64,000 bases of DNA from Tubiluchus corallicola (GCA_030141605.1 JAQGDQ010000001.1:1364001-1428000); one strand, 5' to 3'. Positions 39,101-54,332 are shown, counted from the stretch's first letter. Translations and numbers: made by a program. Notes: generated from the sequence alone by a model not told the origin.

Positions 39101-42100
39101 TGTGCCAAAAGAGCCTTTCCTACTTTTATGTCATCTTTACTTCCCTTTTGTGCACTATGTTTGCAGAAAGAATCATGTTAAGTACTGTTTTATTTGTAAG
39201 CAGGTACGTTTATCGTGCACTAATATGCTAGCATAACGGTTTTGCTTTGAATCTGTTATCCGCTCGCCCACTGTTACCCTAAGAATTTCTAGAAGCTAAA
39301 CATTTAATCACTTACCTAGTGGTTTCCTTTTGATGCTCTCATTGCAAATCATGCTTTCAGGCTTAATGAGTTAACAGTCAAAGATCAAGATACAGTAATC
39401 AGTCGGTATTTCTTGTGACTTGCAAGAATAAACATCTTATAGCAAATCAGGGCAATGTAAGTGAGCAGACGATTCGGAACTGTTTTAGTCACACACAACA
39501 ACAGATTCTCAACATTGTTATAATTATGATAACTTCGAGGGCTAACTTCTTTGCGTGAAAGTGAAGCAGCCGATTTTGAAGAAATTTTTGTAATTTTTGC
39601 AAATAAACAGCAAATTTCTAATGTATTGCTAATTCACATATATAAATTAATATTTTAAAATATTTATTCTAATTTTTAACTGCACAAAGGAATTTAGGCA
39701 TTACTTCATTTCTAAAATTCATTAAAAACCTTTGCAATGCATAGTAAGCTGATGACTCATACTTCTATACCTGTAATACTGCACCCATCGGTTAATAGGT
39801 TCAGTCGGTTAATTGGATCAAAATACGTCGGTCTCAAAGTGAGTCTATTAAGCGCCGCCTGCTGTAGTAGTTATTTAGTGTCTGCCGATTAGTATAATCC
39901 ACCTAAACACTTCTAACTATTTTAAAGAAATTTTAGAAATTTCAGTCATTAGGTGATAAGGATCCTGTTACACAAACTTGCGGTTGGAAATGGATTACTT
40001 TATTTATTTTGAGCTACTTTAACGTTATTTTTGATCGCTATCTGATTCTGCATCTAACATTAGGCTGAAGTGGGCTTTATTGCAGATCTACAAATTGCAT
40101 TTTGAATGCCTTTTTAATGTATTTGACTCGAATTAGTTAGTAATCAATTTGTAAACCCATTCAAGTATTCAGAGCTAGTTTCAGTGCAAGCCTATAAACC
40201 ATTTTAGTGCAAATGTAGATCACTTTGGATGTAACAGAATACCATTTCGGTAGCAGTTGGAGTTTTCACATTTGCTAGAAATTTGCATTTCAAAAATTTT
40301 ATTTTTTTGCAAAAACTTTAGTAAATTTGGTAATGTGAATTATACTAAGAGCTATAAGACACAAACGAGCCACTGAAACAGCTTGAAAGTGCCCTTAGCC
40401 TTAATTCACCCTCTGGCTATGGTTAGATGGTTAGAGTAAAAGTTGCTTGCAAGAGATGACGCTTTCGTCATCTTCATTTGTTTCTGCTTCTAGTCAATAA
40501 TTATTGTCTTTATATCACATTATTACAGAAAGGTGTTGTCGGTAGCCTAGTAATATTTATAGTAATATAGCTATAATTAAAAGGTTAACATATCTTTATA
40601 AATTACTTAAATTAACCATTTTATGCAAAATTTTTATGTTTTACTGTGTTTTTCAGAATGTGTGATGTTGAAAAAAGTATCAAAACAATTGCCACCTATT
40701 AATATTCGAGCTGTCTACAATACAGAGACTAGTATCGTCATCCATTGGGAACCACCTGAAACAACTTTACCTGTGTGGGCATATCTAGTAGCTTCCCAAC
40801 CAGCTGAAAGCACAAAATCAGGTATGTAGTAAAGGCAAATGACATAAAGAACCTAACACTTCTAAAACCTCAAGATGCTTTTTTTTCTAAAAGTGAAATA
40901 TTTGTTAGTTTGCTTGGTCGGTTTTGCTTAACTGCTTTGTAAATTTAAGATTCCGTTCACAAAACGATAAAAACAATAAATCTGGGACTGGCTTCACAAA
41001 GTCATCACTAAGTTAGCGATGTCGTTATTAATAGTTAAGTGGATGTAATAACGATGTTGTTAACTTAGTGACGGCTTTGTGAAACCAGCCCCAGTTCCAG
41101 TTCGTGTGGTTCTTACTATTACCTAAAATTTTTAAAATGCCAAGCTGTTTAAAATTTTGCTTAAAAGTCTGTAAACTAAAAGTTGATTAAGATTGCAAGA
41201 GATTATACCAGCTGCTTTAAAATTCTGAACAACTATATACAAAAAGTATAATGAGCTTACATAGTGTGGAACACATACATTTGTAGGGTGCACATAAAGG
41301 AATCAATAGCTTGCTGTCTTTTAGTTTTATTTCTTCTGTGACTTAATGTTTGCAATAAAATGGTTATAGAGCACACCAGGTCACTGGTTGTTCCACAAAA
41401 CATGTAGAATTGTTGCATAATTAGGTGTTTATGGTAGAACAGTACAATAAAATAATGCATTTTATAATCCTCAATCAGAACATAGGCATACAAAGATTGC
41501 TATGTATCTAGCCTTAATTTTAAATTTTTTTTATTATGCTACTAATTTATATTGCTTGAAAAATATTACAAAGTTTCAGCAATAAATAACACACAATAAA
41601 AGTTGCAATTTAATGTCTTTTGCAATTAATAGTCACTTTAGTCTTGATCGTTTCATGTATGAACGTTCTCTTTTTCGAATGAATCATGACATTCTTGTTG
41701 GCTAGCTGAAGAAAAGCATCTCACTGTCAGAAGCATAATATTTTCATCATAAAAATTAGAAAGCTAGATTTGTGATATTTCTGAGTGAATGTTAAGTAAG
41801 CTGCGAAACTTTGAATTAATTTAAAGTTATGACATATACCTATGAGAAGCCACAGCACACTTTCGAAAAGTAAGAAGTTGGCCAACTATGTCATAATTTT
41901 CAACTAAATGGTGGTTCACACCATACCTGGTAATTTTAATATAGCAACAGTATAAATTAGCATTATGCTTTATGGAGAGTTTTTTGCATATTTCTTCGTA
42001 GTATTTTTTAAGTGTAGGCACACCGCAGTTCATAGAACCACCTGGTTACTCCTTCTCGTGCTTCTTCAAGCGATAGACATAGGCTTGTTTGCTGTACATA

Positions 42101-45100
42101 TCCGTTCATTCATGCATTCATGAATCTGTTGCATTTATCTCTTTTAGTTGGCAGTAGTAAACAGTCACAAAAAATGTAAAAACATTTAGGACTAATACTA
42201 ATAATTAGATGAACCACCTGGTTCCCGTAGGAGACGAAAAAAGCAAAATATGTTCAAGTCCCCCTTTTGAACTGCAGGCACATGATTTCTGAACGAATGG
42301 AAGTGTAAAATATACAGGAATTTATTTTTCACTGTGATATACTAATAATACGGTATACAAGCCTGAAATAATTTGTTGAGGTGGGTGAAGTGTAACATGT
42401 ACACTAGACTGTAATTTTATTTTGTTACTATTGTGGTATACACATGCATATACCAATGGTGCGAAACTAATGAGTTATGTGTTACCGAGCCACCCAGTAT
42501 TGGGCAGAGTGTTACAGAATTTTTTATAAATGATTTAGCAGCAGCTGTCTATTGAAAAGTTAGTACCATTATAATAAGTTAGTTCTTGTTTTATTATAGG
42601 ACATTCATACACTGTGCCTGTCAATATTCACAAGTGTACAATAGATGGTTTAGAACCAGGCATGCTATACAGTATCAGTATATCTGCACAGTATGATGAT
42701 GTTCTCTTCGCATATTCAGATACTATGACAGTTGCAACTCGTAATGGTTCGGAGGAAATAGGTTGGTGACTTTAAAATTTTTCTGGTGCATTGCTATTAC
42801 CATTGATTGATGTGTTGTAGATTCCTTTATCATCGAAAATTGTTAATCAACTTTGTCGAAGTGCCTTGTAAATTTAGTTTGTATCTGTGTGTAGTATAAA
42901 AAGCTGTGATTCGCTGTAAATGTCGAATGTATCAGGAACTTTCGACGATATGTTGCATTTTAACTGACTTATTTTTTCAGATTGCAACTGCAATCAAATT
43001 GGTACAAACAATGGCTCGCTGTGTTATGATGTAACGCAGCAGTGTTTCTGTAAAGATGGATTCTTAGGCTTGCAATGTAATATGTGTGCAGAAAACCATT
43101 ACCGAGATCATACACAAGAATGTAAACCTTGTCCTTGCTTGTTAGAGCACTCTACTGGTCCATGCAAAACAGGTATGTGATAGTTGTAAGAAGTTGTAGA
43201 ATCCTGGATCAGAGCTATGTAAGCACTTTAAAGGTGTTGCTAATTGACTAGATGACTAATTTTTAAAATAATACAGTTAAACACAAAGATTAAATCAGCT
43301 AGAATAGCAGAACTTCTGAGTGAACTGTAGAAGCTTTGTTACCTTGCCTTCGTGCTGTCCACCAGCTTACGTCAAATATGCCCTAATATCAAACAGCTGT
43401 ATTTTTATCATAAGGATCATATTCTTTTGCTGTTTTGCTTCTCCAAAGATAGAAGTTAGTAACCCTCCTCCTTCTACATACACATGCGTGCGCACACACA
43501 CACATGCACACACACCTCACCACGTAATACCCAACACACTAATACACCACGATATGGTGTAACAGAGAATAATGTTTTAGGCGATTTAGCACATACTTGT
43601 AAACAACAAAAGAAATTGAGTCAACTGATTACTAAAAAGTATCTTTAAATAATTATTAATTTTTTACAATGCAATATTAATATGTTATATTTTTTGTTAT
43701 ATAGTAAACTGCAATTCTACATTTTTGATTTTGAATATTACAAACTACAGTACATTACTTGTCATTTGTATCTAATTTGAATTTATAGCATTAGCTAAAT
43801 GGTAAATAATAGCACGGAAAATCATTATTTATGTTGCTTCGCATATTAAGTTTTAAATTTGTTAATTTATTAACAATTGTTGTCTTTGAATTTGTATTAT
43901 TATTAGATTTTAATGAATAAACACAGCTTAGCAATTTAATAGTTGCTTTTTTTAAACCAGCTAAGAAATAGTTTCAAAAGTTACCAGTCTTTTTTAAAAT
44001 TTTAACATTTTTTCTAACAATTACTGCACATAGTACTAATTAATTAACAAAAACATACAGCTTATAACTGACCCATTATACTTAAAATCATATATAAACA
44101 TTCAAAAGCATTATTTATACTGCAGGATTCACAAAATTCTAACATAAAATATCGCATAAACAGCTTTGTAATATGAATTCAAACACAAAATTATAAAAAC
44201 TGTCCGAAATTCCATTTTTTGAATCTCGTTCTTCTCTACTTTGCCCACAATCACAGAAATCTTTGCCCGGCAAATCAATTCTATATGCACACCTTGTAAA
44301 TCGTCCATGCACGCCAGGGCTCTGGCTAATATAGCAACATGGACTTGGCTGATTTTTTCTTTAATTCACATGAAAAGCGGATTTGCTGTGGTTTATGTTT
44401 AAATCCCACACTTCATTTCAGATTATCAAAACAATGTAGTGTGTGTGGAGTGCAAAAAGGGATACAATGGTTTTTTATGCAATGAGTGCATTAATGGAAC
44501 TCATTATATGGAAGGTATTGAGTGTGTGCCCTGCCAGTGTAATGGACAAGGTACCTGTGATCCAGAATTTGGTAAGTTCATTGGAAAAAATAATCACTGT
44601 CTTGTACTGTATGTAACATTAATCTTATGAAAATTTATTATTTTTATGTTATCATTTCAGAGCACTTTACATAAAATAGTACGGTAAAACTTTATTTAAG
44701 GATCCTCATTGTTACGACATTATTATTATTATCGTATATATTAATTCTACTGGCATGGGCTTAATATATTTATATATATATATATATATGTATAAGATTC
44801 GAGGCTACAGCTCCGATGGCGGCACCATTTGGGGCAATCTATACATCAAACGAAAGGTCTCGATCTAGTGTCGTGCCATTGGGGGTTTATTTTTCAAATC
44901 GGGCCCACCGCGAGGAACTGGGGGCGAAAAACCTCCAAAAATGGCCATGTTTCGGCTATTTTTTGCAAAAGTTATACGTCTGAGATCTCGAGAACAGGAA
45001 TGGGCCATGGGTGGTGCTGGCTATGGATAGATAGCCCATTCAGCGGTGGGTGTAGTAGGCGTATTTAGAATTTGTGAGAGGGCTACGGCGTCCCGTAACG

Positions 45101-48100
45101 GGCGTTTTCCCGGACCCAACTAGTGATTTTTTCGAAATTTTGACCAAACAGCCTGCAGAAAAAACGTTCTGTTATTATTATTATTATTATTATTACTATT
45201 ATTATTATTATTAGTAGTAGTAGTAGTAGTAGTGGTAGTGGTAGTGGTAGTGGTAGTGGTAGTGGTAGTGGTAGTGGTAGTGGTAGTGGTAGTGGTAGTG
45301 GTAGTGGTAGTGGTAGTGGTAGTAGTAGTGGTAGTAGTCAGCAGCAGCAGCAGCAGTAGTAGTATTGAAGAAATCAGAAAAAAGAGGAAGACATTGCTGT
45401 ACAAGAAATAACACAAGCTGAAAAGAATAAAAGAAACAATTTGAAATTTGCTTTTTTAAGATATCCAAAATCACTGCACAGTTCACACTAAATCAGTATA
45501 AAGTTTAAAATCATTGATCACTGTATATTGCAATATTTCATTATGTCCTGTGGCAGGCATGGTTTCACTAAAGTTAGGCAATTTGGCATAACGAGCTGGA
45601 AGCCTGGAACACATTAGCTGTTGGTCTTTAAGCAAGGACTTACAAGTGCAATTTTTGTCTGATGTGCAGTGATAAACTACAACATTACTGAAAATGTAGA
45701 AATGACAGCAATAGTTTCATTGGACCAATTCTATGAATGGGGCCTAACTTGCAAATTTGGAGGGCTAGAACCATGAAACTTGCAGGGTAGACCCTTGAGC
45801 TGGGGGCCTTGACAATAATATGATAGTTGCTGACCTCGGTCAAAATGTCAAGGATGCAGGGCATTAGTCTGCTCAAGCCATAAAATTGAATAACCCAAAA
45901 TTTATAGGACGTAAGAGTTACGAAACTAGGCAGGGTGGTACGGACTGAGACAATGTTATGGTTAAAACAGCTGGTATTGTTTAAGTGTCCGAGGTAGGAG
46001 CTAAAATGTATAAATTAGGGCAAACTGCTCAGTCACATGAGTAAACCGTAGTGAACCAGACATAGTCAAGTAATAAACTTGGTTGGAATGCGTACAAGCT
46101 ATCTTAATGATAGTCTCATTAAATTTATTTAGTTAAATTTTGATAATACTATAGCTATTACAGACCCTTTTTTCATGCTAAATAGCTTTTACATAACAAT
46201 AGTTATACTCCTGTAATAAAAATATCACTAATGTACCTGGTAACAAAGTTACTACTTCTTAGTAACTGATTATAGAACGTGCTGAATATAATACGTATTT
46301 ATATGCCATGCAATGTTTACTAAATTTTGTACGTGTACGTAAGTCCCTCTGATTCCAGCCATTCTTTTGTAAGCTTGTCAACTGCTGCACTCATTTCGGG
46401 AGTAAAAGTATTTTCCCAGTCGCCAACTTTTCCTGAAATAATACTTGTTCAATCACCCAGTATACGATGCATTTTACATTTATTAAAGACTATTTAGTTG
46501 GCTCAAGGATAAGCTTTACCACACAGTGCTAATAACCAGATGCTTTTAAAGCTTGTACCTTTTCTCATAAACTCTCCCTGACTTTTCCATAATCCTTGTT
46601 CTCTCATCCATGACATATTTGTTCCTGGATTTTTCTGCATGTTCTTGAATGTACAGTGCTCTGCTATTTTCATCACCTGTTCCTCTGTTAACTGCTTGTC
46701 TAGAAACTTTGCTACTTTCTGTATTTCCTTAGGTAGATTCTGCAAATTTTTGCAAAAGTTTTATTAACAATTTGAATGGGCAAATCTGTGTTGATAATAT
46801 GGACTGACAGTGCAGATACGTTGAAACTCTTTTCAAAGCATTCACTATTCCTTACTAAGGAGTTATCGATAATTTTTCACAATCATGTAGCTTAAAGGAA
46901 AACAGGAGGGTTTTAGATCACATTTCATTTTGTTTTTAAATATACATTTTATTATTCATAGATACTAACTGCCTAATTCATTGATACTATTATGTGTGTT
47001 TTTTATAAATATTATTTATTTAATTAATATATATATTAGTTAAACCTCTGTGCTGACCTATCTGAAACTTTAGAGGACAGCACATTTGCATTACATATTT
47101 TGAAATGTGGAAAACATGTTTGTTGAGGGCTTTTTGGGTCATTTTATCATAATAGCATAGCAGTCAGTAAGATGTTTTTTTTTGTCATCTTTTGCTGCCC
47201 GCTTTAACTGTAATATAGTGTTTATTTACTAGTTAATTAATTTTTTGTGTCTTCTGCTGTCCTTCCTAGTAAAATATTTACCATTGTGTTGTATATACTG
47301 TGGTGAAATAGTGTACTAAACAAAGACAACTCAAATTTAAAGTGATTGTTTTATAACTCACTGCTTTCAAATCTTCAAACTTCAAAATTAGAATGTTGGG
47401 TTCATTTCGTAGTCGCCAGTATTCTTGTACATGATCCCAGATTCCTCCATGACCAGCTGAGCAAAAGATAAGACTTGTACTTCATTGTACTTAGTTTACT
47501 TAGTACTAATCCATGTACTTAGTTTACTTAGTACTAATCCATTTAAGCTAGTTGGTAAGTGACAAAATTTTTCTTTAACTGTATATTTGCTTCTTGGTTT
47601 TGCCCAGATTTACACTTTTGAAAATGACACCAACGTAATCAATCCAACTTCTTACAATAATTCAGTTAAAGTGGGTGAGAATAAATGTGTGTACCTAATT
47701 TCAGTTGTTGATTTATAACCTTTTGCAAAGGTATATGCTCTTTGAACATTGTGAATAAGTTGCCAAAGTGGTACGTGGACACTAAAGTGTCTTTCGGGTT
47801 CCTTGTCGTATAAATAACCTACAAGAAAATTCAAATAAGTGTTAAGCTGTTTATCACATGTTTGACTAATGCCATAGCAGTGTGACCCCAGTGCTAATTT
47901 TCATGTTTCTGCGTGTCAGTTACATTCTGCTTTGCATCCATATCAGTTCCCATTATTTTTTATCTCAAAATTCTCTTTATATAATGAATTAAGATTTAAG
48001 AACATGTTGAAAAACAGCAAATTAATCATATTTTGTAGACAGCTAAAAACCATGCTAACAACTTGTTGGGGAGTAACTGGCCTTCTGAATTTCAGCGAAT

Positions 48101-51100
48101 TCTGCTCTAGTGTAAAAGATGGGTCACTTGTTTGGTTTGACACATGCCTCTTCATGCATTAGAGCTAAGGTCTCAAAACCATGCTGTTGTCTGGTTGGGT
48201 TGAGCATTTTGCTTATTGGAACATGGAGAAGTATGTGCTAGGAGTAGAGCTGGAAGAAGTGTTGGTCCGAGCAATTGTGCTGCAAGCTCTAAACCATGCT
48301 AGTTCGTGTTGAGTAACTGTTAGATTATTGAAATTTCAAAAGATCTGACCAGCGGTTATTAACTTTACAAAAATTGCTATTCAACATTACCTTCCTGAGC
48401 ATGTGCATGCACAGGTAAATTGTTATATTGGAATTAGATTAAATTTTTCTTTATAGTGAACAATAGGCTTGTCTATCTGAGGTTCTTAAGTCAATATTTA
48501 TATTGGAGACACCTCTCCTTGTATGCCCTATTAGCTTACCTTGGGTTTTACTTTCATAAATTTTTTTGGTAAAAGGCCAAGAGGTAGATGTGATTTAATC
48601 AGCCGTGGACGTGGCATCCGTTTAATGACCCTAATGTTGTCGTGGAATGGAAACTCAAGGAATGGAAAGCGGTCGTCTTGTATCACATTAGTGGCTGTCA
48701 CAGTATCTGCATTGTTGCACACTAACCACACAATTTCTTGGGTCCAAGTTGTCCCTGATTAAAAAAGAAATACTAAACAGTAAAATATTAATGGTGAACT
48801 TAATTAAAAATAGACTGCCATCATCTCTCAAATTTTAATATTGCAAGAATAGAAGTGACTTCTGAGGTAAGCCTTTATTTCGTCATTTCAAACACTGCTC
48901 TCAGATGACGGTATTGTGGTGATAAAATAATATTGCATCTGCATGCCAAGACCTAGGAAAGACTACATTAACAATTTTTTCCTTATGAATAGCTGTAATC
49001 TTATCAGTAAAAGTTTATGGTTGTACTCCTTCAATATCTATTTTTCATTTCATAAACAACCCACTATATAATAAATTTTATAACATTTTTTTCTAATAAA
49101 ATCACAATAAAATTTGTTATGTAATCTTGTTACAAAGAATTTAAAAACTTTATCTGTTTTTCATACTACAGCAACGTACTCAATATTTTACCAAGGAAAT
49201 AATGGAAACTACATCATTTCTTGCGTAAGATAAGGAATCTCTTTTTTGAAACAAGCTTGACTTTGAATTTATTATTACATTAATAAAAAACAAAATTTGC
49301 TGCAAGTACCTGCTTTGATGTAAGTTATCACCCAAATGTCATCTTCATATACTTCCAGATTTTCTATGTCTTTCTGTTTATCAAAGTAAAACCAGGGTTG
49401 CCAATAATCTGAAATGCAGAATTTTGTAAATTATAATCAACACGAATTATCAAAATTCATATTTTGTTTTGACTTTTATATGTGCGTGTGTATAATTGCA
49501 GCAAACTAAATTAGAGAGCACAGTTTATATTACAGTCTCTGATTAGAGTTAGAGTTTCTTTTGATGTTTACTTTTCCATTATTTATGAATATTGTCAAAA
49601 AAACCTGTAGGAAAATCTTTTTTACTAAAAATAATTACTGTAAGAGGGCACTTAGTCACATTAGGAAAATTTCCCCAGTTTAGGTATTTTTGATTACCAG
49701 CTTTCAAATGTTGGAGAATTCCTGTGCAGTGACACAATCATAGTTCACTAAATGTTCCACAAAGCAGTAAGCACAGCTCTTTAAAGAAGAACTAGCTTAC
49801 GATGGTTCATCTATCTGGTCAATAAAAGGAACCATGCGTCTTGCATTTTTACATCAGCAAAACACTCACACATTGGTGCTGCCTCCTTGAGTTTTTTATG
49901 TTCTTAGTCCCCCGAATTAACAGATGAGACAAAAGTTAGTCTTACGTGTTCCCGGAACCTGATATAAAGTAAAATCTTTTAAGGATGTTTCGACTTTTGT
50001 CAAGTGGTCGAATCTATGTACGTGGCGTCTCCACTTCACTAATCCATAAATTCCAAGTCCCACTGCTGCTGCAGCCGCAACTCCAATGGCTATTGTTTTA
50101 TTGTCCACATAATCGGGCATTGTTAGCTTTAGAAGAGAAAACCTTTGCAAGCAATAAATAAGTTTCTGGAAAAGATAAGGAAAGAAAATTTTTTGCTGTT
50201 GTCATCAATTCATTGTTGTTGCTGATGTTGTTAGTAATTCAAGTAAATTATTGGTAAAGTATAAATCCTTATTGCTTCATTGCACTGTTTTACATTTGCA
50301 TTAATTTTGTTGTTCACTTGTGTCGTTTGACCACGTTATTTGTATAATGTCCATGTGAAATATTTGTGAGATCATACTAACTTCCACGACTACTTCTCAG
50401 TATGGATGAGTTTATTTTCATATCAGTTAGTAATTATTTCTTTTTTATTTGCTGTCTTATTGTATAATGGCGATGTTCTGGAATTAAAGTTAGTGAGCTA
50501 AAGTCAGTGAACTGCCTTAGTAACAAATTATGTGTCATTTATAGGTAGCTACAACACACCTGCTCAGCAATGTGTCATTCGCATAAATTCAAAACTTATT
50601 TCATTATAAAAGTGCGATACAATACTATCATGCCATAGGAATTTTGCCTTTCTGAGAGCTCTTCACTGGTTTTTAATGTTTCAGTCATGGGTTGGATTGC
50701 ATTGGCTTCCCTTCCTTTATTTGTAGAGCAAAAGACCAAGTAATCGATTTAATTCACTACACATATAGCTGTAATATGCTGTATAACGAGTGTACAATGT
50801 GCGCTATCTCAGCTTTTATAGCAGATTTACGCAGTAGTCTGCATATATCTGGCTGCCTATAAATATCAATTTAATTAATGCACCACACATCAACGTTATT
50901 CCCATTATACATCCTATGAGTTGTTTAAGCATACAGTGTAATGTTTTTCTCATTTACTCACCACTGATGGATTACGAGTTGCCTTGGCTCTAAAGGTGTT
51001 CACTAGGTTATTTTCTTCCTAACTCAGTTGTAAAAATGGAAAATTCCTGGAGGTACAGCAGCGCAGCCTTACAGCTAAAATATGGCCCAATCACATGCTG

Positions 51101-54100
51101 CAGGTACACAATCTATTTTTTGGTTCCGCTTTTAAGAACTCTGAAATGAGTTGGATAAACACCGCCCTATGGTTATAATAATCCTGCGTTGACAATTTGA
51201 GAGCAAGATTGAGCGCTACATACTGCGGCTGAACTTTGGTCACGCCGTTTGCTACTTGTTGCCTTAGTATTTATGTTAATCACTAACAGGTCTTGCTGTA
51301 TTTCTATATAAGCTTGCTATATTACTGTAAGCGAATGCTGTGTATTCAGCAGCTAAAATTATCGGGTGCTTCCGCGCATTTGATAGTTTTTCGTTGGCAC
51401 GGTGTGTTAGAATTGTTTTTTGTAGTTCGTGTTTTTGTTACTTAATTTAATGTTTAATTATTTAACTCTAATAAATAAAACCCAAGTAAAAATAATTTCC
51501 ACTGTATTACTTCTATTAAAATGTTCTTAAAATGAAATGTGGTATAGATCACGTTGATAGGCTATATGATCAAATTTGTAATTACATATCATTGGACACC
51601 GTGTATTAGAATAAATTGAATTGATTTCTAATGATAATGTAGTTCAAGTTCATGAGAAACAAAGTTCGTAACCAAAAAATGCGGAGGCATAAGCTAAATG
51701 GTCCAATATTAGCATGAGTGGACAATCTTTATTGTTGATTAATTGTCACGATTTCTAACAATCAATAATTGTTAAAGAAAAGCACAAACAAATCTTACAA
51801 ACGGCACTTTCTGCGCTTTTTATTTCTTTTGGGATTGATCTGTAAAGTATTGAAAATATTACTCATTCTGTGGTAAATTATACTCCACCACTTTTTTCTT
51901 TGCTTCGATCCCCACTTGCCAAGAGCGTGTTACATGCAGTTTGTCATTGCGTTATACTATCACTGAAGTCTAATAACTCTAGTGGCCTTGTTGGTAAAGT
52001 ATGACTGGGTAAGAGTTTGTGAGTGTATCATTGTTATGACTGCCCATCAAAACAAACATGACTAGGGAGCGTAGTTCATGTGGATAAGTAAATTTCCATT
52101 TAACACAACTTAATGAGAAATCACACCCACTTTCACGCAAAAAAGTTGGCATCGATCGAGAAGCATTTGTAGCTTCCTTCCTTCGAATCTGTGTCAAGCT
52201 TCCCCATGCTTTTGATTCAGTTATGTAGCTTAATTACTCAACACTATGAAAATTCCTCTTTCAGTCATTTTAATCTTTTTCTGAGCAATCCGTGTTATTA
52301 GTCAAACCGATTTTGGCGAGTTTGTCTTTGTGCTCTTTATCGATGGCCAAATGACTGCATGGATTTTAATGAAATTTTGCATGAGTGATAATAGAGATTT
52401 GTTTTCCAGTCCAAAACCAAATCGTAGTAATATCAGTACTGCAGTTTACGTATCTTAGATTTAAAAGCAACACAATTATCTTTACACTGCCTGTCTTTTT
52501 TCTCTTCACTGCCTTTTTTCCATAGTAGTCCAAGCATTCCAAAAAATAGTGAAAAGTGCAGCAAAGTAGTGTAAAGCTAATTGTTCTGCCTTCACAGCTA
52601 GCGTAAAGTAAATTACAGCATTGGTGTTACTACAATTTGTTTTTTACTGGAAAACAAATCTCTTTTAAAGTGTTTTGCAAATAAAAGAAAAAACATTCTT
52701 TCATATGCCTAAGGTTTGGGAGTTTGGTTTGGGTTTTCTGTTCGTTTACAGTGTTACATTTTTATCGTCACTTTACAATCTGACCATACACTATAACATC
52801 TTTGTTAAGTTAATTTTACTCGTAAAATGTTTTGCCAGTATATGATAATTTGATAGGATTTGTGCAAGAATGAAGAGCAATTCTGTAAAGAGATCTCTTA
52901 AGTTATAGCCACACTCTGTTCTTCACCTACTCAGTCTACTAAAAGTAGCAGAAGAATAATACATGTCTAAATAACAGATCGTGATCAGGTTATTGCTTTT
53001 TTCAAGCAACAGGAAGTTATATATGTAACTGATGAAGCTGCATTAAGCAACGGGGAAAATATTTTATGACCATAGTTTGTTGCAACGGTCTTTGATATTA
53101 ATAAGCCTGTTACATTGAAGTAGAATCTGTAGCATGAGAAGTATATTAGTGGAAAGCCATACGTCTTTCGCATTCATCTATAAATCTACATGTATATTAT
53201 ATGTAATTATGGCAAGAATAGCAACCATGAAAGACAGAATTTGTCAAACTTAGTAACACTCAGTCTTTATTTGCACTATTTATACATAATTTTCTATTTA
53301 CTGGTTCAAGCATTGGCAACACTTGTTATTTCTGATTGCACTTTTGTGACATCGTTCTAAATGCTGTTTATACTAGCAAGAATAATTAATTTTTAATTGA
53401 ATATTCATTATTTTTGAGAATTTGTTTTTACAAAGAACTCCACAAAATATATTCTAATTTTAGCAAAGAAACTTAAATTAAGTGATTGGTGATATTATTA
53501 GAAAAGCGTTGGTCATCAGCTTTTTTTGTGCATATAGTCATTGGAAATCCATTTGGTAAGCTGCAGCAGATACATTACCAAACAAATGAAGGCTTGTTAT
53601 TCTTTGTATCTGAAAGTTAATCCTTCAGGTTCTAGCCACTCTGCTGTTAATTTGTCAATCTCATCACTAAGCTCCTGGGATAATTGGTCTTTCCAGTCTC
53701 CGACTTTTCCTGCAAAAAATTACAAATAACACTTCTGTATACAGATAGTCAGTGAAAAAAAATGGTAAGAGGTCGTTCAGAAAAAAACTGTTCCCTTAAA
53801 AGTAATTTGTAGCCCTACATCCTGTTAGAGGCATTTCTAAAGGAGTATATACACTTTTTGGAAACAGATACCAGACAACAAGGCGATGTCAGCTCTTTTA
53901 GAAATGCCTGTACCAGGATGAAATGTTGTGAGCTAATTTGAGGGACAGTTTTTCTCCGGCTGATCTGTACATTTTCGGTCTCATATTTTATATCCTTAAA
54001 ATTTTTTCGTCAACGATTTTGTTCTTTATTAGATGAAACTTTTGTTTCGTGAAGTATTATACCTTTTCTCATCATGCCTCCACCCTTTCTCCAGAATCCT

Positions 54101-54264
54101 TCATCTCTCAACCATGACATGTTTGTTGCTGTGTTGTTCTTCATGTTCCTAAAGCTGCAGTGCTCTGCAATTTTCATTACTTGCTCTTCTGTCAGCTTTT
54201 TGTTAAGAAAATTGGCTACCTTTCTTATCTCTCGTGGAAGATCCTGATTAAAAGCCAAGCACAC

Positions 54265-54332
<68 letters not shown>

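Noticed and set aside
45120-45486. ORFs encoding poly-Thr/Asn and Tyr-His repeats
   Set aside because: Translations of the compound microsatellite; no coding evidence.
48390-48530. Donor-like GAAG|GTAATG in intron 3 of sulfotransferase A, suggesting an extra exon
   Set aside because: No SULT similarity or good acceptor; the true RNPKD exon is at 47818-47695 and matches the paralogue's exon length.
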